Assembly: GCA_009859145.1 (NCBI GenBank)
Contig: VRVR01000055.1
Coordinates: 17,534 to 81,533 of the forward strand
Direction: 5' to 3'
DNA: 64,000 nucleotides
Source: Andalucia godoyi And28
Taxonomy: Eukaryota; Protista; Jakobida
Numbering within the stretch: the stretch's first letter is position 1; each line of letters opens with the position of its first letter. Positions 11,637 through 20,724 of this stretch are shown piece after piece. The notes under the pieces are model-generated. The model saw nothing but the letters and a program-made list of their open reading frames with translations. It ran no database searches and had not been told where the DNA came from. A program made the translations under genes and the position numbers.

Positions 11637-12938
11637 CTATTGAGAAAACAGCGAAAATTCTCCAGCATCATCAGACTGACGAGTAGAGGCAGAAACTGGG
11701 CGTATTGCGTACCTTTCAGAGTACACAGTGTCGTTGTGCATTTCGAAAACCGTTGGGTCTCGAAGAATGGGAGGGGAAATGGTAGTGAATCCCTCGGCAG
11801 TTAGTATTTTTTGCATCCTCGTCAAATCATTTGTGGGAGTTTCAAAGAAACGAAATCCTTGTTTTTTCCAGAACTCCAACGTTGCATTTGTTGCAATTGC
11901 TTCAATTTCCACTTCTGCTTCGGATGACAGAATCTTCAGAACTCGGAATACGTGCCACACTGCATTTTTGTACAACTTCTTACCGATTCCCCGTTTCCGA
12001 TGACACTTGTCAACTAACAAATGATCGATTTTGATGGTAAGTTCTCGCTTCACATTCTTCTCTCCTTCTGGAATTGGAAGCATCTTCATACTGTAGGAAA
12101 ATAAGCAAAATCCAACCACATTCTTGCTTTCATCTCGATACACAAGGGTGTCCATCTCATTATCAACATTTCTGTACTGAGTGGGAATGTCGTTCGACAC
12201 ACTTTCGAGAGGCCGTTTGTTTCTTTCGTTTCTTTCATCCAACCACTTCTGAATATTATCACGATACTGTTCAAAGTCCGCATCGCTTTTCGACAAGGCT
12301 TTGATTTGTCTAATTTCATCCTGAAAAACGTTATCATCAATTGATGGATCGAGATCGTAAAATCCGCGCTCATCCCGCGTGGTCGGAAGAATCACTGAGC
12401 GTTTAAGAAGCTCCCTGTATTCCCAAAAAGAGTGCTGCTGCGACAAAAGTACTTCTATTCCGAAAGTACTACAGAAATTTAGGTTCCCGGTGGTCAATGA
12501 TACTTGCGGGCGATTCGAGGAAACATCAGCAATGTTCATTTCCAATTCAACAGGAGCCGACAGGTCAACTTTGTGCAAGTCAGACAACAGGTCTATCCAG
12601 TGGTCAAAGAGCGATCCTTGATTCCTGAGCAAGATCTGGTTTGTGTCAATGAACACACGAAAAAGTTCACAAACTGTGACGACGAAAACACCAGGTAGGC
12701 GTCTGCTTTCATCTGGGTAGCCGAATATTGTACGTTTAACTTTCCCGTTCGAAAAGGAGACTGCTAGACCAGCGAGCTCAAAATTCAAGGCAAAAAACTG
12801 GTCTCCCAAAATTTCGAGCACGAGGCCGAAATGCTGACAGACGTATTTGACGGTGTCGTCAAGGGTTTCCGGAACACACAATGAAAACCTGCATTTGTCA
12901 GAAAACCGGCGAAAGGATTGGAACTTTGACGAAGACAT
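11637..12938 (-). CDS. protein with C-terminal GNAT acetyltransferase domain (433 aa)
   Basis: GNAT motif A (IDHLLVDKCHRKRGIGKKL) and motif B-like ATNATLEFWKKQGF; N-terminal ~270 aa unassigned. Confidence 0.8.
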   Translation of the reverse strand: MSSSKFQSFRRFSDKCRFSLCVPETLDDTVKYVCQHFGLVLEILGDQFFALNFELAGLAVSFSNGKVKRTIFGYPDESRRLPGVFVVTVCELFRVFIDTNQILLRNQGSLFDHWIDLLSDLHKVDLSAPVELEMNIADVSSNRPQVSLTTGNLNFCSTFGIEVLLSQQHSFWEYRELLKRSVILPTTRDERGFYDLDPSIDDNVFQDEIRQIKALSKSDADFEQYRDNIQKWLDERNERNKRPLESVSNDIPTQYRNVDNEMDTLVYRDESKNVVGFCLFSYSMKMLPIPEGEKNVKRELTIKIDHLLVDKCHRKRGIGKKLYKNAVWHVFRVLKILSSEAEVEIEAIATNATLEFWKKQGFRFFETPTNDLTRMQKILTAEGFTTISPPILRDPTVFEMHNDTVYSERYAIRPVSASTRQSDDAGEFSLFSQ

Positions 12939-13658
12939 GACGATATCAAATATGCATCAAACACAATCAGAAGAAACTGCATCATTGGAAACATAACAGA
13001 GCTGACCCTCGAACCATCATTTTCAAAAAGCAGCGCCTTTCGAAAAGATGTGAGTCGGTGCAAGCAGACGAATCCTCCCTCCGCTCTCAAGTTTGGGATG
13101 CGTGCAACAGAAGAGAGAGAAAAATGTTTCTGAACAGGTCTCTTGTTCCCGCTGTGGTTTCCGTCGCCTCTTTCTTCATATGATTATTTACGATCCACTT
13201 ATTCGCGAGGCTTGGGACCCTTAGTTTTTCTCCTCAACTTTGTATCATTGTTTGAAAATATTTGGCCACGTAGAGTCTCATCTCCCAACCTTTTGGAATT
13301 TGATGACAGCTTGTCTCAAGATCTCAGAACGCAGAATGAGGACCAAAGGCGCGCTCTTTGGCGGATCCGAAGACACTTTTCTGAGCTTATCATCCATCGC
13401 GACTTTCGCACAACCTGGCTGCTTTCATTCTCGGTCCTCGTACCTTAAACTTCATTTCCCGATGGAATGATCCAATTTCGGGGCGGGGGTTTAGTTCTGC
13501 TTTCGATTTCATCGACTGCAAGATGATGAGGCCGGTGTTCTCTCCCGATCGAAAATTCTGCTGCTTTCGGATCAAGCTACTCCGTCTGGTCGCTTTTCTT
13601 CGTCAATTGCCCTTATTCAATAGTCAATTTCCACTCCAGGGACTTCGGTAGGTTGGCT

Positions 13659-14039
13659 ATGGCGGCGGTCTTCGCTGAAAGCATTCTGTTTGCAAACTTA
13701 GAAACAGCAGATGAAACGCTCTTCATTGTAGAGTATTGGGAGAAAAAGAGAATTTATGATTCGACACGAAAAAACAACAAAGGAAATCTGCAACGCCGAG
13801 CAAGCGAATGGACACGAGTTCGATCCGATACTTGTCGCACGAAACCTCTTGACTATGAATTTCGAAAATCAACTGTGGGCGACGAACCGGTAGTCGATGA
13901 ATCAGTGGGACATAATCCTTGCTTTGCGGTTGACGACGCTGCTTCTTGGGAGCTTGCGTGGAGACAAATTAATTACTTGGAACTGCAAATTTCCATCCAG
14001 CATTCCAAGATGAAAGACTCGGACAGCATTTTTAAGTGA
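13659..14039 (+). CDS. possible small hypothetical protein
   Basis: 126-codon ATG ORF filling an intergenic gap and converging on the next gene; no motif. Confidence 0.3.
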   Translation: MAAVFAESILFANLETADETLFIVEYWEKKRIYDSTRKNNKGNLQRRASEWTRVRSDTCRTKPLDYEFRKSTVGDEPVVDESVGHNPCFAVDDAASWELAWRQINYLELQISIQHSKMKDSDSIFK

Positions 14040-14682
14040 ACTTCTTTGACGTGGTCCCCATATTCCTGTGACAATTGAATTTTCTACTATACCAGTCATC
14101 GTTTGGTACGTAGTGTAGCAATTTCCTGAAGCCAGATTCCACAAAAACAGCGCGTGCGCTATTGTCATACACCCCTACTTCACGCAATGCTTCTTCCTTC
14201 ATTTCGGCTGTGATATTTGCTAGACCAGGTAGAGTCGGCTCATTTAACCGGAACGACTCTTTCCATTTAGACTCGGCCTTTCTGTAATCTTCCAAGAGGG
14301 CCACTGAAAATTTGTCTTTGAAAGATCTTAATACTAGCGTCTGGCCAAGAATACTCACAGGAGTCGCAGGAGATACGAATTGCTCAGCATTTCCTTTAAG
14401 AGCTGTAATGGACAGTCCTGGCCGTGCATTTTCGCAAGCGTATTGCAGAGTCACCTTGAACCTGCCTTCCGCTTCTGACCTGAGCAGTTTCTGAGCGTAC
14501 ATCAAATACTTGTTGTGAAGTGAATTTCGCACACCAGAAAACTTGTTCAAACGGTCAAGTTCTTCAAGCAGGATAACGTCCGTGTGGAGACAAAGGGCAA
14601 AACCGATACATATGCCTGTTACTCCAGTCAGAGCGCATTGCACAAAAGGAGATGAAAGCTTACCAAGTATGCTCTGCCACAT
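14032..14682 (-). CDS. hypothetical protein with one N-terminal hydrophobic/TM segment (~216 aa)
   Basis: ORF 14032-14712, ATG at 14682; hydrophobic segment FVQCALTGVTGICIGFALCL; divergent from the nucleotidyltransferase across ~224 bp. Confidence 0.6.
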   Translation of the reverse strand: MWQSILGKLSSPFVQCALTGVTGICIGFALCLHTDVILLEELDRLNKFSGVRNSLHNKYLMYAQKLLRSEAEGRFKVTLQYACENARPGLSITALKGNAEQFVSPATPVSILGQTLVLRSFKDKFSVALLEDYRKAESKWKESFRLNEPTLPGLANITAEMKEEALREVGVYDNSARAVFVESGFRKLLHYVPNDDWYSRKFNCHRNMGTTSKKFT

Positions 14683-14906
14683 AATGTTCCATTTGAAAGC
14701 AGAGAACAGCACACGCTTTTCGAAAGAACCGCTGAAAAGGTTATCCCAAGACCCAAGTTTTTCACGAGGAAGCAGGCTGGTCTGGATTCAATTGATGACA
14801 AACTCGGGCAGTCTTGCATTCATCAGCCATCGAAAACTCTGCATGAGATCAAATTCCGAATCCCTTTTCTTTCTTTTTGTTTTATGTTGAAAAGCAGAAG
14901 CGCACC

Positions 14907-15890
14907 ATGGGTTCAATCAACGGACGACTGCAAGACCTCATTGCCTCTCTCGAGCTCAGAGAAGACGAGAGAGCGAAAGCAGTATCTCGTCATACGAAGA
15001 TTCGCGAGGAAGTTCTTCTTCGTAATGCCGTTTTACCTTGCAAACTTGCATTTCTGACGGGGTCGTATGAACGGCGAACGTGTATCCGACCTCTCCACGA
15101 CATTGATCTTTTTGCAGTTGTTGATACCGATCGTTTCAATCTGAAAAGAGTCACTGCGCGAGAATTGTTGGAACTGATGAGCCGTGTTATTCGTGACGCA
15201 TATCCCACGTCTCGTATTCGTATCCAGTGGCATTCTGTGAATATCAAGTTCGCCGACGGCGTTGCCTTTGACATTCTGCCAGCGTTTGCTAAAGAGGCTC
15301 GCACAAAAGATGGTGAAATTGCTGAGTATTATGTCATTCCGGAAGTCATTGACGAGAATCATCCAGGCAAGTTTATTGCCACCAACCCGAGACTGTTTTC
15401 AAATTGGAGCTCGCAAGTTCACGGTGCTTGCAGCGGAATACTGAGTCCTTTATTTAAGTTGATGAAACTATGGAGACGCTCCATTAGTCGGCGATACAAA
15501 GCTGCAAACCGCATCTTTCCCTTGTATTCCCATTTGCTTGAAGCAACTGTTTACCATTCGGTGGACCCCGAAGCATTGGTGAATCTACAAATTCCCACCG
15601 GTCAGTCATCACTCGGTACTCGTCTCCGATTGTTGTTTTCAAATGTTTTGAGTTTCTTGCAAAGAAAACAAAAATGCTTGGACATTTGTTCGTTGACGTT
15701 TGCTGGCGGTCCGACATTTCGTCCTTTCGACGAGCATCTCACGGATTCTACTCGTGCAGAGGTAATCATGGAGCTTAAGAACGTTTTACATGTACTTGAT
15801 TCGTGGTTGTTGAAAGAAGCAAAGAAGACTACGCCAACAGACGAGACATGGAATGCTTACTGCGCGCTGTTTGGTATACAATCCAATTGA
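14907..15890 (+). CDS. cGAS/DncV-like nucleotidyltransferase (CD-NTase / SMODS, OAS-related), 327 aa
   Basis: FLTGSYERRTCIRPLHDIDLF supplies GS plus DxD (15060-15107); QWHSVNIKF; the third acidic residue is in FDILPAF (15270); also YVIPE...FIATNP, LFKLMKLWRR and SHLLEATVY. The catalytic triad is complete and the gene is intronless. Confidence 0.88.
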   Translation: MGSINGRLQDLIASLELREDERAKAVSRHTKIREEVLLRNAVLPCKLAFLTGSYERRTCIRPLHDIDLFAVVDTDRFNLKRVTARELLELMSRVIRDAYPTSRIRIQWHSVNIKFADGVAFDILPAFAKEARTKDGEIAEYYVIPEVIDENHPGKFIATNPRLFSNWSSQVHGACSGILSPLFKLMKLWRRSISRRYKAANRIFPLYSHLLEATVYHSVDPEALVNLQIPTGQSSLGTRLRLLFSNVLSFLQRKQKCLDICSLTFAGGPTFRPFDEHLTDSTRAEVIMELKNVLHVLDSWLLKEAKKTTPTDETWNAYCALFGIQSN

Positions 15891-16618
15891 GCACAAAGCT
15901 GGTGATGTTGCTGAATCGCAGGCGCATAGCATATTCAAAATCCCACTCTGTCTTGTAACCGTAAATAGAGCTGGACCCTTTTCAACCGCTCAGCTCTTCA
16001 GGACGGTGAAGTACTCACTCTTTCTATGACATACGTTCAGGTATTCTTTCGCAATTCACGTTCTTCCTTTCCAAAGTCATCCTCGACGAGAGCCCTTTCG
16101 ATCCAACGTACCCAAACCAGTTGTTTCACCAGTCGATGAATCTTGGAAAAGCGATCCGCAGAAACGGGCACTCCTTTGCGTGTGTTTGTTCCTCGAACCA
16201 GGTTAAGGATACTTCATGGAATGCAAATGTCAGAGGTGTCCAGATTTTGACGGAAAAGCATCACTGCAAGAAGATGTGCAACACCATTCGAGTGTATGTG
16301 CAGCTGTGCGACAAGGTTGGGAAAGAGACGAAAACATGGGACCCATTGCGAAGCCGATAAACCTAAGTTTTTCATGGACCGTCTTTTCGGACAGCCAGAC
16401 ATGTTATTGCCAGGATTGGTCGTCACACTGTTTATGCATGCCTTTGGGAAAGAGGGGATGTTAACTTGCACTGCGGACGACGGATTTTTTGGGATGTCGA
16501 TCTTCAATGACAGTTGTGACTCGGAATGAACCAAGAGAATGCACTCGATGTTCTGCGACAACCATTTCATTGTCTGCGAATCAGATATCGCAACATTTTG
16601 GGACTCAGCGATTCGCCT

Positions 16619-19600
16619 TTAACTTTTGGTTACACTACCGAAAGCTGTCTTGATAATCACCAGGGTATCGCGGTAGAAATTCCGAATTTCGATGACAGTC
16701 GGGTCCGTTGCCCCCAGCTGTATCGTGGCCTGGTTTAACAACGTAAGCAGCTCACCAGCTCCTTCATGTGGGCGTATCTCCACGAGCTGTCGAATCGCGT
16801 TGAATCTTCTTCTAAAAACTCGAAGTTCAGTTGAGTTTGCATCCACAGACGCCAGTCTCTTTTGAATTGGAACATAGGAATCTGTATCTTCCCTCTGTAA
16901 TTTCAAAATACGAGGTGGCGAGGATAGCTGACGACAAAGATCGTAAATTCCATCACTTTGCGTGATTGTGCCTAATATCTTGAGATCATTGGACAATTCT
17001 GTGCACTCTTTCACAGCGTCTGAAAGCCAACCAAGTTTGATCAAACATCCGATCAAAAAAGCACGGCATTGGAGGAACTCACTTTTCGATGCATCAGGGC
17101 TATCGTGCAGACACAATGACCTACGGATTCCACATACGGACATTGCTTCATGATAATTTCCCTTTTCTACGAGAACTTGACCAACTCTCCGTCGGTGTGA
17201 CAATACCACAGAATCATCTACGTCGGACCGACTCTTTTCGAAGTCAAGTATAGAATTGAATTCTCGTAAGCCACTCTCGAAGGCATTCAACCGGATGAGG
17301 CAAAAACAATAATAGAGTCGAGGAGTCACAATTTCCACTTTAGTAAATCCCGATTGGAACTTCTTATGTACTTCAGTCAATGACTGGAACACAATGACGG
17401 CATCTTCATATTTTCCAAGTTCATACAGCCAAGTCGCCATATTATGGCGAATCCATAGCATGGAACGACTCTCCTCTCCCGCAATACGTCCGTAATCTAG
17501 TAAGAGTCTCTCATACATTTGGACACATTTAAGAAGTTTGGCGGTGTCTTTGAGCTTGAAGAAACAGCGTGCCTGTCCGTTGAGAGCAATTAATTTGCCT
17601 TCGACATCATTTCTGGCTGTTGCAATCACCATCGCAATTTGATACTGTTCAAGAGCTGCGTCAACGTAATCGTTGTCGAACAGTTCGGAAGCAAACCAGT
17701 GAGAGAGAGACAGTGTAACATGAGAAGTTGCACCAAAAACAGACGACCACTCTCGTGACATCTTACGTAGCGATTCAAATGCTCTTTCTCGTTCATTTCC
17801 CAGTGCTATACTTAGTAGCAAGCGTTCAGTTTGAATAAGCAAATGAAACGCATGATCATCTGAAGGCCACAGTTTTTCAACATCCGTAACGAGAGCGGTA
17901 CACCATTTGTCAGCCTCCTTCATTCTATCGTTGTGCACTAGCGAACGAAACATTCGATACCTGAGCAAAAGTATATAACCAACCACGGTGTCACTCAGTG
18001 TTGATAACGTCGAAATCGAAGGCAACACACTCTCGAACAAGCCGTGGAGCAAGTTCAATCTCTCACATCGCTTTAATCCATTCGAAATCCGCAAACACAA
18101 TTGCCAAAATTCCGAAGAGGCCTCTCCCCAACAAGCTGCAGCAATCGCAAGTGACGCTTCACGGAAGACTTCTGAACCGCCATAATCCGTTCCATCGTAG
18201 ATGTGAACTTGCGAAACACCGACGCTTGCTTTGCGAAGATCAGAAACGATATCCAAAATCCACGGTCGGATATCGGGATCGTTATTGAACATCTTCACCA
18301 ACAGAGGGTACAAAACGTCCCGTACAAAAGAAGAGAAGACTGGAGGCACACCAGAGTTGCATACCGAGTCCAGCCAGTCCTTGTCTTGAAGATCCAAGTT
18401 ACTGTAGACTTCCCTGACTGCCGGAATATTGTTCGGATGAAAAAGAATGCTCATCAAAATGCCAATCGAAAAAACATCTGATGCTGGCAGCAAATTCCTC
18501 ACGTCATGCGAAGTTCCATGCACAATTTGCTCGGGACTTCGAAAACCCGGCGTGCCTCCAAATACGGATCGATGACTCCGTGAGGTGTTTCCAGACACGG
18601 AAACTTGAGATCCAATCCCAAGCTCGTCTTCTTGAAATTTGTATGACATTCCAAAATCTATGAGTGCAACTACATACGATTTAACCAGTGCTGAACCACT
18701 GGTAACATCCGGAAATGAAGGCGCTACCGGGCGACCATCCGCGTCCAGATGACACTCTCGCAAAACCAAAATATTCGACGGCTTCAAATCTAAATGCAAA
18801 CACTTCATCTTATGCATATGGTGAATTGCAAAGAGGATTTGCAGCATTATATGTCGACATACTAAGAGCATTACTTGCGGTTCCCGTTCCCATCTTGATT
18901 TCCAATCGGAAGACTCGAGCAAATCATGAAGCGATCCCAAGGAAGAGTACTGTGAGAAAACCGCCCCATCTCTGGCAAACAATACGGGTGCAATGTTTGC
19001 ATGGCCGTCAAGTTCTGCCCAAATGTCTCTCTCTCGCGTGCGTGCATTCACATGAGACGACAATTTGCAAGCAAAAAACTTCGTAGTAATTTCGGTTGAC
19101 AAATTTGTCGAATCAATACGAACAAACTCGACCATGTATACTGCACCATATCCACCGACTCCGATCAGAGCGTGCACTTTGAGAAGCTTGCATTTCGGGT
19201 CGTCATGTGCAACCATGCTGTCGCACAGAGAGCGCATTTTTTCATGAGAATAAAGCAGCGGAGGTCTTCTTCGACAGGAAATCTTCAGAAATCGGTGGGA
19301 GTATGCGTGATGCAGCAATAACGCGGTAAAGCAAGCGCCAAGATCTGAAGCATATACACATATCCCATCTCCACCGTCTGCTACCGTGGACAACATAAGG
19401 CAGTGAACACGTGCGGACTCTTCCATCTCATACGGCGAGTGATGATTCGAGGCTTCAGCATTGCTCCCGAGATTGGCTCTTGTAATGTGAAAAGGAACTT
19501 CTGGTGAATCTTCTCTCATTTCAAACTCACCATTCACGACGAGAGGGACACTGACGTCTTCAACTCCTTCATGTCGGTCACGGCACAATTGATTGTACAA

Positions 19601-20146
19601 GAGAAACCTAATCTTTCCCAATGGATGCATTGCACTCGACGCATCCAATTGCAATTGATCAGTGGACACCGCACTGCTTGTCACGAAGAGTAGCACCGGG
19701 TTGTGTATGCTCACCTTGCGTCCAGCAGACAACTGTGCTGTCACAGCTACTGGCAAGTCGGAAAAATCATCTGGCGCCAAGAAAACAGTCCTCCAACTAA
19801 TGCCCCTTCCCCACATCACTTCCGATGCCCAGTTACGTGCCTCACGTTGCAGTATTTCTTCTGAAGGCGAAGTATACACAATCCACATGCGGACAAGCAG
19901 GTTTGCAGTTTGCAGGAATTGGGGGCCTCCACTCCTCTTGGAATAAGAAAGGGAAGCATAGCTGAAAGGATCGGTGATGTAGAGCGCACATATCACAGGA
20001 TATACGTCCGTAAATCCTTCGGTACCCCAATCGGAAGGACACGCAACCTGACGGAGACCATGAGAACCGCCAACTTCAAGCGAATTATCGCTTCCGGCAG
20101 CGGACACAGTTGCTCCCCACGACTCTCCAGATTCAGAGAGAGCCAT
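16619..20146 (-). CDS. Ser/Thr protein kinase with C-terminal TPR-like helical repeats (1175 aa)
   Basis: Kinase motifs GVGGYGAV, FACK, HLDLKPSN, DFG, GTPGFRSPE and SDVFSIG. The C-terminus has kinesin-light-chain-type TPR patterns (GEESRSMLWIRHNMATWLYELGKYEDA). Confidence 0.9.
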   Translation of the reverse strand: MALSESGESWGATVSAAGSDNSLEVGGSHGLRQVACPSDWGTEGFTDVYPVICALYITDPFSYASLSYSKRSGGPQFLQTANLLVRMWIVYTSPSEEILQREARNWASEVMWGRGISWRTVFLAPDDFSDLPVAVTAQLSAGRKVSIHNPVLLFVTSSAVSTDQLQLDASSAMHPLGKIRFLLYNQLCRDRHEGVEDVSVPLVVNGEFEMREDSPEVPFHITRANLGSNAEASNHHSPYEMEESARVHCLMLSTVADGGDGICVYASDLGACFTALLLHHAYSHRFLKISCRRRPPLLYSHEKMRSLCDSMVAHDDPKCKLLKVHALIGVGGYGAVYMVEFVRIDSTNLSTEITTKFFACKLSSHVNARTRERDIWAELDGHANIAPVLFARDGAVFSQYSSLGSLHDLLESSDWKSRWEREPQVMLLVCRHIMLQILFAIHHMHKMKCLHLDLKPSNILVLRECHLDADGRPVAPSFPDVTSGSALVKSYVVALIDFGMSYKFQEDELGIGSQVSVSGNTSRSHRSVFGGTPGFRSPEQIVHGTSHDVRNLLPASDVFSIGILMSILFHPNNIPAVREVYSNLDLQDKDWLDSVCNSGVPPVFSSFVRDVLYPLLVKMFNNDPDIRPWILDIVSDLRKASVGVSQVHIYDGTDYGGSEVFREASLAIAAACWGEASSEFWQLCLRISNGLKRCERLNLLHGLFESVLPSISTLSTLSDTVVGYILLLRYRMFRSLVHNDRMKEADKWCTALVTDVEKLWPSDDHAFHLLIQTERLLLSIALGNERERAFESLRKMSREWSSVFGATSHVTLSLSHWFASELFDNDYVDAALEQYQIAMVIATARNDVEGKLIALNGQARCFFKLKDTAKLLKCVQMYERLLLDYGRIAGEESRSMLWIRHNMATWLYELGKYEDAVIVFQSLTEVHKKFQSGFTKVEIVTPRLYYCFCLIRLNAFESGLREFNSILDFEKSRSDVDDSVVLSHRRRVGQVLVEKGNYHEAMSVCGIRRSLCLHDSPDASKSEFLQCRAFLIGCLIKLGWLSDAVKECTELSNDLKILGTITQSDGIYDLCRQLSSPPRILKLQREDTDSYVPIQKRLASVDANSTELRVFRRRFNAIRQLVEIRPHEGAGELLTLLNQATIQLGATDPTVIEIRNFYRDTLVIIKTAFGSVTKS

Positions 20147-20724
20147 GCCGATTGTTCTCTTTCACAAATGCTTATTAATGTCGCAGAAAAATGAAGCAAC
20201 ACAGGTGCAAAAACGAAATAACTACACTATCTGGCACGTGAAGTAGCGTAAAGGCGGGGCCGCGGGGAAGCAGAGCTGTTGCCCTGTTTTTTGCAGCCTG
20301 CTTGGCAGATCCCGCCTCCTACAAATATCCTCCGTTTTGCCATTGCGAAAACTCATTGCCGCAGGCAAGGTGTGTGAGCTCGCCGATCGGAGCGCACGCT
20401 TGAAAAATGAAATGTTTGCTCGTAACGCCGTCATTCCCAATTTTCAAAGATCAGGGCTTTTGTGAACCTTCCGTGATCCGTCCGCCGTCGGCACAGTTGA
20501 AGGTTGAAGCCACTTTTGTGTAGCCCATCAAACAGAACGGTGCTGTGCTGGCAGAATCGGCTCTTTTTGCTTCCTTGACTCCGGAAAGCCCTCAGCAACC
20601 CAGACCTTCAATCTCCTTCGTCCTTCATCGCCGTTCGTCTCGGTCTAACCACTTTCGTTCTCCTTTATTTTTCTCCCTTTCCCTTTTCTTTTTCAGTCTC
20701 CGTTCTTAACATCCCATCAGCATC

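Noticed and set aside
16000-16620. Short Cys-containing ORFs between the CD-NTase and the kinase-TPR (possible small partner gene)
   Set aside because: All frames are interrupted and no motif is recognisable; cannot be supported without RNA data.
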